From positions 15,731,432-15,795,431 of the forward strand of contig NC_092679.1 in the NCBI RefSeq assembly GCF_964355755.1: a stretch of 64,000 nt of DNA, in the 5' to 3' direction. Under the pieces are notes generated by a model. The model worked only from the letters and a program-made list of their open reading frames with translations, did not search any database and was not told the DNA's origin. The stretch comes from Antedon mediterranea (lineage: Eukaryota > Animalia > Echinodermata). Within the stretch, counting starts at the first letter, position 1; each line of letters starts with the position of its first letter. Of the stretch, positions 52,120-64,000 are shown piece by piece. The position numbers were made by a program, and so were the translations under genes.

Positions 52120-55100
52120 TTCTTATTATTTATTTCTCTCTGTACAAATTTGTGTAACAAATATCTCAAAAAGTTTAATGTCAATGATTACCAAAATTTC
52201 ACATTGTCTTTCAAGTACTTTAACTTAGCCATAATAAGCTTTTCAGCGTGATCACTCATCCGTGACGTCACGTATACGCCATTTTGTGAAATCACATTAT
52301 CAATCATATCTCCATAATTCATTATCACATATTAATGAAAATCACTACACGTAAACTTGAGGTCAAGGTAAAAAATATTAGCAAATAAAAACTCGGGCGT
52401 TTCAAGGTCATGCGCGTGAAATCGCGCGTTGAAATTTTAAAAAGCTCAAAATTTAGTTTTTATCAATTTAGAGCATGAAATAGGCCATTTGCGTGTTTCA
52501 AAAAATTACTGCGTAAAAACACATTTTTGCGCACGCGATTTTTAAAAAGGGTAAAAAATAAAATTTGATGTATACATCATATTCTACTCACAAACCTTAG
52601 TACATTCTCCGACTTTGAGTCCATTCCGACTTAAAATAACGCTATACGAGCACGTTAAAAATGACAAAATGCGCACATTAATTGTACAAAAGTGCTAAAA
52701 ATGGTAAAAAATAAGGCCTTTTTAAAATGAATATAACTCTTCAGAATGGCAGGTGACACCCAATTTTTTTAACTTATTATGGAAGCCAATAAGTTGTAGA
52801 TATAAATATATATACATATTAGACGTACAAAATGGTATGACGTCATCAAATGGCCACTTGAATTTAAAAATTAGAAATTTTTATCTTTTTTGTGTGGGTT
52901 ATCACATTCAATAGAGCGCATCTCCGTTATTTGAGCCCGATTTTCGCACACATTTTAGTATGTGCTTGCTCAATTAATTATCTTTCTCGTGAGTTGTCAA
53001 CATTTTTATTGTGATGACGTCATCACGCGTAAAAACTTGAATAACCTAGGTCGTGTAATTTCAGCTACACCATACATTTGAATATCTTATAGCTCCTCAG
53101 AATTAAAGGTGACCTTGAAGATTATAATTTATTATGAAAGCTGATGAAATGTAGATACGAATTCATATCAATATTAAGCCTATCAGATGTTGTGATGTTA
53201 TCATATGGCCAGTTGAAGTTAAAAAGTAGTTTTTAAATTTCTTTAGTCGAAGTTATACAAATTTCAAAGAGCGCGCATTGCGCTTCTACGTGTCAAATTC
53301 TCTTCCAATCCTTATATTTATTTGCTCAATTCATTATCTTTCAAAATTGTCATCTTCGAGTTTATTTTGATAATTCCATCATACCAAAAAAATAGAGCAT
53401 GATGTGGGTCCCGTAATTTCACCTATGCTACACTGTATATAGATATACAGTATATACTGTACATATTGTATGACACATAGGTAGAACTCAGCACTATAAG
53501 TGTATATGCAATCATGTCATAGGATGGCGTACATCAACTTTTAACGATCGTATGTTAACGTACATGCATGATTAAAAAATGTTAATTTTATTAAAATGAT
53601 AAAAATGATCACCTATAATTCGTCAAAGTGACGAATTAAATTCTAGTTAGTATTGTCTTTGTTTAGTAGAGTGTTCTTTTATGAGCGCTATTAGAAGTGT
53701 AGGTGTTTTGATTTTTGTCTCATTCTAGGTATGGCATGGCATGTGTACATCCTCACAAACCACCACTTCCACTTGAGGATATAGAATAATGAATTGCATT
53801 TGTGGAAAAGGGCGTTCAATAAATTTTATTTTACTCTTCGAGAAGAATAGGCTATTTTTGGTTTCTCTATGTAAGCTAGGCACGAAATAGAAACGTCTAA
53901 TTTTATCACTACTGTAGGAAGGCGAAAAAAATACTGCACCCAGTATTCAATTACATGACACAATTTGCATAATTACAGTTAGTAAATACTGGTAAAAGCC
54001 TTGAAAGCCAATTGAAAACAATTTGAACTTTATGACTCATAATGAGTAGGTGATATTGAAATAAAACCAATCTAGTCATCATAAAAAAAAATTATTATAA
54101 TATTATGAAATTTATATGCAGAAAAAGAAGGCATAACAAAGATCTATGACTGAGTGAATAAATGTGAATAATGTGTTTTAACAAAATGTATAACAAATTA
54201 ACAATAGGTATGACAGATTCACGATGCCATATAATTTAGTATAATTATCACCTGACTGACAAAATGGATCGCTCACAAAAAGCCTTTTCACTATATTTTC
54301 AAACAGTATTGCTTATGAAATATCTTACCGTATACTACCGAGGATACTGTATTAAAAACATGTTGTCTAATTCTTTAAATATTTTTGTTTTTAGTAGGTA
54401 GCTGGACACAAAAGAAATTCTATATTAATTATTACAGATTTTTTTTAATGAAAACTAATTAATTGAGAACTGTGATATATCCTGTACATAATAATTTTAA
54501 TAGGATTCAACAACATATTATTGTACTAAGGAAAAGAACATCATAAAAATACTGTAGCACAAGTCCATCTCCACAAAACCCAAAATTGGACTGTGGATGT
54601 TTGATACATTCCTATATCCATGACAAAAATGTTGGTACCGGTACATGAAGTTTACACTGGACATATAGATATAGGCTATTTCCAGACAATTGTACAGTAA
54701 AAAAAAAATGGCATACCGGTAGGTCTACATGTAATGGTTTAATGTTTGTTCAGCAACCACACAAACAAGTTAGTAAATGTATTGACATACTCAAACGTAA
54801 ACATGTATCTACTGTATAGAAACCCATGGCTACTACTAATACTATAGATAAGATAAAAACTGAATTGGGAAATACCCAAACAACATGGCTTAGTCATTTA
54901 AATGAGTCATTATTATTAACATTCATTGTTCACTATTAGTAGTAAAATCACAATGGGCCTGTTTCTATTAGCAATAATTGACCATAAATGGCATTCTTTA
55001 AATACAGTACAACCAAGCAAATTCATTCACATTCCTTCACATATTGTTCACAAGTCATGTATCAAGATGCTCTACATTAAACAAAGTCTTTAGGAGTGGA

Positions 55101-55231
55101 TTTTTTTTTAAAGCTTTGTCCACACTAAAAAAAATGTTATGTGGCCATATATGTACATGATGATGTCATATTACTACCATATTTGGGCACCTTACACTTT
55201 TGTTGTCAAACTAGTTTTATAGTGTACAGTA

Positions 55232-55292
55232 GTGGACAGGATTTGAACCCAGGACCCTTGATCTGAGCGTAGCATCCACCACCAAGCTACAA
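55232..55292 (-). mobile_element. tRNA-derived SINE fragment (similar relics about 31715-31785 minus, 40218-40400 plus, 1025-1060 minus)
   Basis: Reverse complement shows A-box TAGCTTGGTGG and B-box GGTTCAAATCC. Confidence 0.5.
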
Positions 55293-56414
55293 CTTTACTG
55301 TATGGTTTTCATATTTCTTGGCACACAATATGACCTCTTCTATCTAATGTTCATTAGATGCAAGCCTCATCTTTATGAGGATACTAGTCAGAAATCAATG
55401 AGGTCAGCACGTAGATAATATATTATATGATGTGTTCAAAACCATGAAATCTAGATATAGTACTGCACACAAAAAAGACAATTAAGCAGATCTGTAAATG
55501 TCGGGGTAATGAAGTATACATAATACTGTAAAACAAGCTATTGATAAATGCTATTAATAAACCTGCACCATAAACACAGCCTAACAAAATCATTATTATA
55601 TTTGTTCAAAGAAAATGCAACAAACTGTTCTGAATTGACAATCTCATTATTTGAAATCATTTTTGTAATAAAGTGACAATTAACATTGGATTCCTATAGG
55701 ATTTCCAACTGGAAATAATACACTTTAAACAGTTGTGTTGATAGACTATGAGTGCCGCTTACCTGGATAAGCCAACAATAGCCCATGCCCCTCCTAAAGA
55801 AGTTATGATACAAAAACTAAAAAATTCCTTGAGCACACCTCAATTTTAATGGACTAATCGAACACAAAAACCACCCCATCACATGGACATGCCAACATAC
55901 CACAGTCAGCTTTGATTCAACATTATTGAATTTTTTTTTTTTTTTCAACCTGAGGAATAATTTTTTTTAATTTTTACCTATGTACTAACTATAATGCACA
56001 GTTCATTTTTCAATTGTGCCATAAGGCACCCACAATTACAGTAACTGATGTCAAAAGTACTATACATTACTTGTTCATTGTAGTGTAGATGTAATATAAT
56101 TATTCTTTATCTTTCAGTTAGTAAAAAATACAGACAACATTATAATTGATGCATCACAAAATATGGATTAACTGTATTACAGACTCAGATAGTTTATTAT
56201 TGATACCAATAACAAATTATGCAAGGATGAACAAAACTTTAGGAGCAAACTAGAATAAGTTGTTTAAGACGAGTTTAACTTGTAATGTCTGCATTTTGTA
56301 TCCAAAATAGAGTAGGGAATTAGATAGGATAGCTTGACCTTCGTTATGTTTTGTCTTTCCTGTCATTATACAGAGACTTGTATGTCTTGACTAAACTGTA
56401 CATACAGTACTGAT

Positions 56415-57385
56415 GTACAATCCACTACAACAAGCTAACTGACAGTGACAACATGGCCCTACAGCTTGACCATCGGTGTGTTTTGTCTTTCCTGCCATTA
56501 CTGACATAGAATGTTATGTCAAACTACTTTACAGCACCGATAGTACTGTACAATCCACTACAACAAGCTACTTACAACATGGCCCTACAGCTTGACCATC
56601 GGTGTGTTTTGTCTTTCCTGCCATTACTGACATAGAATGTTATGTCAAACTACTTTACAGCACCGATAGTACTGTACAATCCACTACAACAAGCTACTGA
56701 CAACATGGCCCTACAGCTTGACCATCGGTGTGTTTTGTCTTTCCTGCCATTACTGACATAGAATGTTATGTCAAACTACTTTACAGCACCGATAGTACTG
56801 TACAATCCACTACAACAAGCTACTTACAACATGGCCCTACAGCTTGACCATCGGTGTGTTTTGTCTTTCCTGCCATTACTGACATAGAATGTTATGTCAA
56901 ACTACTTTACAGCACTGATAGTACTGTACAATCCACTACAACAAGCTACTTACAACATGGCCCTACAGCTTGACCGTCGGTGTGTTTTGTCTTTCCTGCC
57001 ATTACTGACATAGAATGTTATGTCAAACTACTTTACAGCACTGATAGTACTGTACAATCCACTACAACAAGCTACTTACAACATGGCCCTACAGCTTGAC
57101 CGTCGGTGTGTTTTGTCTTTCCTGCCATTACTGACATAGAATGTTATGTCAAACTACTTTACAGCACTGATAGTACTGTACAATCCACTACAACAAGCTA
57201 CTTACAACATGGCCCTACAGCTTGACCGTCGGTGTGTTTTGTCTTTCCTGCCATTACTGACATAGAATGTTATGTCAAACTACTTTACAGCACTGATAGT
57301 ACTGTACAATCCACTACAACAAGCTACTTACAACATGGCCCTACAGCTTGACCGTCGGTGTGTTTTGTCTTTCTTGCCATTACTG
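56415..57385. repeat. 126-bp minisatellite, about 7.5 copies
   Basis: ggccctacagcttgacc at 56581, 56707, 56833 and onward; catc/cgtc and caccg/cactg variants switch along the array. Confidence 0.95.
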
Positions 57386-57923
57386 TATCTACATAGAATT
57401 GTATGTCTTAATAGTATTATGTATTATGTGAGTGTACATTGCAGTGATCACTGATGATAGCACAATTCACTACAAGCTACTGACACCATGACCCTATTCT
57501 ACCCCAGGGTTCTACAATACACCAGAGCCAGCAGTGTATAGTGCATTGGATCCTTTAAGTACAACTAAGAAGTGTTGTTCTACCACCAGACAAACTATGT
57601 TGGAGGAGAGTCTTGAACCTGATTTTCGGTTTTAGAGCCAGCCTTAACTGAAAACAAGTATGCAAAATGTGATACTGACTTTAATCATAAAACCCAATAA
57701 TCTGTGCAGTATACAAGATCAGTATCACTTCCTGATATAGTTCCAAAGCAAATTTGAATGCAAATAAAAAATGTTTTTATGGTCCTTTGAAAAATTAGCC
57801 AATAACTGTGTGTCAATATTTTGAATAGAATTATGTTTTTATGGTATAGCAAACTTAATACTCTAAAAGCCTATTGCACATTGTTTAAATAACAATTTTA
57901 AATGAGAAATAAACTCTGACTAA

Positions 57924-58544
57924 GGGCCTGTTTCTGCTGCATATCCTCAAAATATGGTATAAAAATATGGTATATTTTATATCATATTTCTAGTACCCCA
58001 TTTCTCCTAGAAGTACTATCTTGAGTGGTTGTGTTAAAATTCATCTTTTTTACCCAACCTGCCTTTCGATCCCCCAAAATGGGGACAAGCTATTCCTTCC
58101 TTGCCGGAATTAGAATTTGTTATCTTTGGCGATGGTGTAGCCTCTGCTTTCACAGTGTCTGTTTGTTTTGTTATTGACTTGTTTCAACAACAAGTTCACA
58201 CACACCATACTCTTCTTAATTTTAGCTAAATTATCTTTCTAAATCTGGCTGTCCTGTTTGTTCCTTTTTAATTTTCCTGAAATCTTTGTTTCCCCAACAG
58301 AGTATTTGCATGACTACATGTGTAAAAAGCTTACAGAAAATCAAAATATACGGTATTTTTTATCGGCAGCAGAAAAGGGTACAAAATACGGTATAAACTA
58401 TAAGTTTATAAATACTGTATTTTATCCACAAATTTCGTTGGGAAAATATGGTATACAAAATACGGTATATTTTTTGTTAGCACCGTTTCTGCTGCCAAAA
58501 ATATACGGTACTAAAAAAATACTGTTGGCAGCCGAATCTGGGCC
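57924..58544. mobile_element. PIF/Harbinger-like MITE
   Basis: TAA|GGGCCTGTTTCTGCTGC...GCAGCCGAATCTGGGCC|TAA (13/17 TIR match); aaaata(c/t)ggtat subterminal repeats. Confidence 0.7.
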
Positions 58545-58984
58545 TAACTCAAAAAAGATGATATCATTGAGTATATGAGATAATGAGATAGAGCACCTTG
58601 ACTTATTTTATGGCGTAGACAAGATTTAAAACGATTAATTAGTCCCTACTGTGACTGTAGAAGCAATGTTAATGTCATTACAGTACATAGTACAACATTT
58701 TTATAATAGAGCTTTACTGTAGACCATAATTTAAATACCATACACCATACCTCAAGGTACTAGGAATAAATCTAATATTACAGTACAATTTTAATGGAAC
58801 AAGCGTACAGGTAATTTAAATGTTGTGAAGCATTTACATTGTTTGATCATAAATGATGATTAAAGATTTAATTCATTCATTGCAACAAATAATACTGTAA
58901 GAAGAGAATAATTAAATCATATGTCACTGTAATCTTCTGGGATAATGATTGAAAATATTGTTGAATTATTGTTTACAGTATTAA

Positions 58985-59999
58985 AGGAAAGGAACACCCT
59001 GGGCTAAATGTGCCACTGTGCTTATAGATAAATGTAATAAAAACATGATTACAATGGTTCAAGGTACAATAGTAAGCAATTTAGTTAAAAAATAGACTTT
59101 TAAACGACAACATATCGGAAATTGAACAGCGCCATTTTGACAGGTTAAGAGCAATTATGTGACGTCAGATTAGGTGGACGCATTCAAGCAAATCCAAGCG
59201 TCCCTCGTCTTAGTACAGTATTTCAATATGGAAGTGCGGGATATAACCATAAATAAAATCAATTAAATAGCCTAACAATCATACCTAATATTTTTGGAAT
59301 ATGGCTTGGAGTTTTTATAATTCAGAAAATTTGGAACCAGAATATACAGAAAGAGACTTAGTTTTGTGTCGTGCTGATGAAGAAAAAAGAAGAGAAGAAC
59401 ATTCTCGAGCATAACAAGCCGTCGAAGAATGGTGTACTTGCGGCCAGTGTATCTGTACTGTATGCCTTACTAGGCCTAGAACTCGTGTTGAACGAAAATA
59501 AAGTAGACACTGCATCGTTAACCAACAGCCTCCGTTTGGAAGGTTTGCCAGTTAATTCCCCTACCAAATCCCGTTTGAAACAGCTAGGCAATAAAAGTAA
59601 CAATAGATTAACAATAGCTGAAAGATTTACGAATTGGCTTGCAGAAGAAAAGATCGATCGAAAGTTTGTTTACCAAGCCAGCGCATGCTCATACCGTGTC
59701 ATCGCCGTCCTGCATGACCGCATGTCGCGTTATTAGCCAATCATATTAGCGGATTCGCTTAGCCAATAGAAGCGCCAAATGCAACCGCGAATCTTAAAAT
59801 TTTCGTCGGCCGTATCTGACGTCACAAACAGGCTGTCATATGAGCACAAGATGGCGATTTTCAAATGTCTTGAAAACAGCTTTAAAATCCTGTTTACTAG
59901 AAAACTACAAATCCGATTTAAACATAAATTGTTCTGAATATTAAGTTGCTAGGGTTACTTTTATAATAGTTAGGTAAGATATTAGGGTTTTCCTTTCCT
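58985..59999. mobile_element. Kolobok-like non-autonomous element
   Basis: TTAA|AGGAAAGGAACACCCT...AGGGTTTTCCTTTCCT|TTAA; mirrored subterminal cgccat(t/c)ttg and gtgacgtcagat. Confidence 0.85.
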
Positions 60000-60972
60000 T
60001 TAACTTACCGTAGGTAAATGGAGAAACAATTTTACAGTACAATAAACTTTTAAAAACATGGAATGTTCTGTATTAATTTCTTGTAATAAGATAAAATATC
60101 AGAGATTAAAGAATAAAATTGATTTCAATGGTATAAATTTAATTTTTTTAATAAAAATAAACGTTTTAAAATTTGCAATACGAGTGAACTGGGGTTCATT
60201 TTCATTATTCTGTCTTTAGCAAGTTTTCTTTTAAAAAAAAAGTGAAAGTAATTTACAATAAGTTGTGATAATTTCACTTATTTTTAACTACGATTACTTC
60301 CCTAACTAATGTCTCATTGTCATCATTTCCTACATGACATATAGGCAAGCCTAGGCCTACCTCTTTTTCTAAAAATGAAGTTATCAAAGGTGACTTGCAG
60401 ATTAGATCACGGAGAAATACAAGGTGAAATATAAGGTGAATTCAGCATATTTCTCAATGATTTATACACATAATATGTTTATCCAGTTAACAATTGGAAT
60501 CCATGATGGAGTGGAATTGGAGGAAAAGAACATAGAATGATGATTAAAAGAGGGCCCAGTCAACATACTGTAAGTTCCCTCTAATTGTATAACCCACTAT
60601 ACTACCTTCTGGAGAGGGTGCGTTAAAAAACCTAGATGGTAGGTCACATGAATGAACAATATGGTGTGTCAATGTCCGTCACTTTATCACACACCATATC
60701 ATGAACAAAATGGTCACAGTTCGTCAAGAAGAGACCCTTCCTTGACTTGATAGTATTGTCAGTACTGTAATCTAGGCCGGTACTACTGCACTTTCGCACC
60801 ATAATCTCTCGATGCCCAGTTTTAGATGTGAAACTGCAGTAGTGCCTCTAGGCCTAGGCCCCTATCACTTGATGATGATAATTTTAATAAAAAATCAATA
60901 ATTTAATATTATTGATATGACAATACAGAATACAGTATGAAAATATTAAGTACAAGAAATTAAAAATCTTAC

Positions 60973-61103
60973 CTTGGTATACAATTCGGAGATGTCCTAT
61001 CCACTTCCCATGTAGCGAATAATTTCATGGGAACAACAACTTTAGCACTTATTCCTCTGCCTGACATCACCTTGCTACTGCTGCTGCTGCTAGGATCAGC
61101 CAT
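60973..61103 (-). CDS. PACS: PACS-family protein, coding exon 1
   Basis: ATG at 61103; MADPSSSSSSKVMSGRGISAKVVVPMKLFATWEVDRTSPNCIP(R) contains the PACS N-terminal motif PM.LFATWEVD.S.P.C.PR; donor AG|GTAAG; 131 nt, phase 2. Confidence 0.93.
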
Positions 61104-61669
61104 GGCTAAAAAGTGTTTGTATGCAGTGTGTGTACGACGCGGAGAGAGATCCAACCTTTTGAGCCTAGCCTAGGCCTAGCCTAGCAGACGATAAACATGC
61201 AGTGCTATAATAAAAAAGACCATAATAATGCACTCATAACAAAATTAATTTGTATATCATTTCACCGTCTTGACATTCACTTTGATACTATATAATTGGT
61301 GCGTGAATTAACAATTAAGAAATCCATTGATTCTTCTATAATACTCTTTTTCTTCTATAAACTTTATTACCAAAATCAGTGGTTTTATAATAGAAGTCTG
61401 TATTTTGGAGTTTATCATAATCTGATTTTAATTTATAGAGGGCAGCATTTCAAAATCCAAAAACAAGCTGTTAATTTTTATTAAAGATGATTTAAATACT
61501 GTAAATAAAAGGTAACAAATCATAAACTTTAAAGATTAACATTGATCGTTATCTTTTTTTACAATTATTATTTTGCATTTTATTATTCTTAATGTGTTTT
61601 TTGTTGGAATTTCTTTTGTGAATTTATTATTATTTCATTATTTGATTCATTTTTATTATATGATATCAA

Positions 61670-61850
61670 TATCACTTGCACTGATGAAGGACTAGTTTTG
61701 CCCGAAAACTTTGCTCATTTTTTTGGCTGTTTTACTTTATCGTTTTGATTTAGCTTTCTGCTTATTTTATTATTATTATCTCCATTGAGATCCAGCCACC
61801 GATAACCACAGCATTGTCATTATTTTCAATAATTTGCCATTGGATTTATA
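61670..61850 (+). mobile_element. Penelope-like terminal repeat relic with degenerate minimal hammerhead motif (partial second copy about 16750-16815)
   Basis: GCA-CTGATGA-(16 nt)-GAAA-ACTT-TGC at 61678-61714; downstream gatccagcca...cacagcattgt...aatttgcc.ttggatttata is shared with 16750-16815. Confidence 0.4.
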
Positions 61851-62808
61851 AACTCCCCATGTAGGCTACATATGTTTTTTTAAATGGGTATTGTACCATA
61901 CGGATATTGTGACAAAATTACAAAACAAGAGGTTTTGCTATAAAAAGCTACAAACATAATTTTAATAGTTTATAAAAAAAATTGCGAAAGTTGTTAATGA
62001 ACATGAACTGTACATTTGATTTAATGTTGTTAATGTTTCTTATCAATATTTTACTGGTAAGCTGAAATAAATAATCATTACATTACCTAAAGGAAGCAAA
62101 TAGGAGTCTAAATAAATGATTGTTGGTGGCCTCACTTGCAACATTGGCATAATATGCCTAGAAGATACTAACGCTTTTAGATATAGACCTATTGCTGCGG
62201 AAGCCTTTTTCACGGTTGTTTCAAGAGTCAAACTAAATGATATTTCTTGTCTATTATGGGTTTTATGACAATCTATTTTTGTCTATTTTTCATTTTCAGG
62301 GGAACATTCTTTTACGGATTCTCTACTCGATAATAAATATTTAATCTAAAATAAGCGTGGTACTTATTTTATTTTATTTATTTTAACCACATTTAATGAG
62401 GGTGATCCATCCAGCATTTGCTGATCATTTGGGACCGGCCCTCAGAACAGTTGCAATATACAAAATACAGCAAAAACAGAAAAGTAAAAGAAAAACAAAA
62501 ACCAAAAAATAATTAATTACATAAGACTAAAGAAAATTTGAAATATAGAAAATAACTCAAATGTTAAATTAAGCAAAAATATATAATATATATAATAAAT
62601 ATTTGTAGGCCTTAACTGTTGTTGTGTATCCGGTAAAGGTATCCATAGCAATTATTACTAATTAATCACTTATTACAAATGATAAAGTTAATAATCAGCT
62701 AATCTAACACTTTACGTAAACCAAAGGTCTCTCCAACGCCCGTCGATAGTCTATATTCATATTCAAGTTTCCAGTTGTTTTTAGCGAGTGTAAAACTACA
62801 CTTAAATT

Positions 62809-64000
62809 ATGGGTAAACGACGAAGAAGCAGCAGCGATATCTCAGACGATGAATCAGAAAAAGGAGCTAAGTATTATGGTGAACCTAAAACCTTCGATCC
62901 GAATTTCAATGGTCCAATTTCAAACAGAGGTTGTACAGATGTAATCTGTTGCTTGATTTTTATTCTGTTCGTTACTGGGCTAGGAGTGATCGGTGGCATA
63001 GGTTTCAAGAGAGGTAATGTACAGACACTCATTTACCAAACAGACTATCTTAACCAGGTGTGTGGTATATCAGAAGCAGTTGCTGACAAACCGTATCTTT
63101 TCTTCTTCGATTATTTGGAGTGTTTGGAAGAGGCCAAACCCCCGACGTTTGACTGTCCGAGTTCAGGACAAGTTTGCGTCGAAAAATGCCCAACGGAAAA
63201 CTATGCTATAAACGTTAAGTATTATGATAAGCTGGATGATGCGGCGCCTACTGGAGTTGACTGGGACGATTTCATTTGTGAATATGACATAGACGCAGAA
63301 GATGAAGTGATAAACAGAGGTTCCAACATTCAAGTCCTCTTAAATACAAAAAAATGTGCAAACTATTACACAAATAGTGATCCATTACTTAATCGATGTT
63401 TTCCGATTTTTTTGAAATCTGAAGAGTGGGAAGGAAATGATACAACACCAAATAACCAAAATATTACAGAGGATGCTCGTGATAATGCTTTGGAAATGTT
63501 TGACTTTTATCAAAGATATGAACGTTTTAACAGCACAGTCGAAAATTTAAAAGAAACACTGCCTTATATGATTGTTGGAATAACAATATCTATGGTCGCT
63601 TCTTTTATTTACATCATACTAATTCGCTGGCTTGCTGCCATTATGGTATGGAGCAGCATCATACTTGTCTATGCACTCTTGGTCTTTGCAACTTACTTTT
63701 GCTGGAAAGAACGAAACTGCATCAACAATAAAGAAAAAGATTGCACTTCGAATTCATTTGCAATTGATGGCTACGATGAGATTACGAGTTATGCTAAAAT
63801 GGAGCAAACTTGGTATATAGCGGCCATTGTTCTGAGTGTAATTACAGGAATTATGACATTGGTTATGTTAATTTTAATCAAACGTATTCGCATTGCAATC
63901 GCGTTGATCAAAGAGGCGAGTAGAGCAGTTTCATCAATGCTCTGTTCTCTTCTGTGGCCAATTATCCCGTTTGTAATGCAACTCGCCTTCCTGACATACT
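62809..64000 (+). CDS. Choline transporter-like protein (SLC44/CTL family, CTL2/4/5-like), 3' end outside window
   Basis: Uninterrupted frame MGKRRRSSSDISDDESEKGAKYYGEPKTFDPNFNGPISNRGCTDVICCLIF...QVCVEKCP...LNRCFP...KRIRIAIALIKEASRAV...; R.CTD..CC, CV..CP, RC.P and RIRIAIALIKEAS are SLC44 signatures; not in the ORF track because no stop is in the window. Confidence 0.94.
   Translation, partial: MGKRRRSSSDISDDESEKGAKYYGEPKTFDPNFNGPISNRGCTDVICCLIFILFVTGLGVIGGIGFKRGNVQTLIYQTDYLNQVCGISEAVADKPYLFFFDYLECLEEAKPPTFDCPSSGQVCVEKCPTENYAINVKYYDKLDDAAPTGVDWDDFICEYDIDAEDEVINRGSNIQVLLNTKKCANYYTNSDPLLNRCFPIFLKSEEWEGNDTTPNNQNITEDARDNALEMFDFYQRYERFNSTVENLKETLPYMIVGITISMVASFIYIILIRWLAAIMVWSSIILVYALLVFATYFCWKERNCINNKEKDCTSNSFAIDGYDEITSYAKMEQTWYIAAIVLSVITGIMTLVMLILIKRIRIAIALIKEASRAVSSMLCSLLWPIIPFVMQLAFLTY

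Larger units (their letters stand above)
48857..53646 (+). mobile_element. Helentron/DINE-like element C (outermost of three nested)
   Basis: 5' AGGTGATCATTT..AAATGATCACCT; 3' AAATGATCACCT + hairpin aattcgtca-aag-tgacgaatt + CTAG|T. Confidence 0.8.

Noticed and set aside
59315-59736. 121-aa ORF and overlapping ORFs
   Set aside because: Inside a non-autonomous TIR element, non-ATG start, no transposase or other motif recognised
60969-61154. ORF-track start at 61154 for PACS
   Set aside because: Non-ATG start; the ATG at 61103 in GCCATGG context is the likely start

Overview
AT-rich eukaryotic (metazoan, probably marine invertebrate) genomic DNA; no prokaryotic features. The backbone is a minus-strand, multi-exon PACS (phosphofurin acidic cluster sorting protein) gene. 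I traced 14 coding exons by hand with GT-AG sites and consistent phases (ATG at 61103, about 578 codons in the window, continuing beyond position 1). Its 11.5-kb intron 6 (12373-23914) hosts, on the opposite strand, a tandem cluster of intronless tetraspanins: three intact ORFs, one frameshifted pseudogene and one 5' relic. Two intact copies share an upstream module with kappaB-like and octamer motifs, and both motifs are broken in the relic. Head-to-head with PACS, an intronless choline-transporter-like (SLC44/CTL) ORF starts at 62809 and runs off the window; the ORF track missed it. The introns hold many non-autonomous transposons (Kolobok-like, PIF/Harbinger-like, Sola-like, a Helitron, and three Helentron/DINE-like elements nested one inside another), tRNA-derived SINE and LINE relics, and several minisatellites. 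A candidate alternative first coding exon of PACS lies at 43203-43321. Family assignments come from motif recognition, not database searches.
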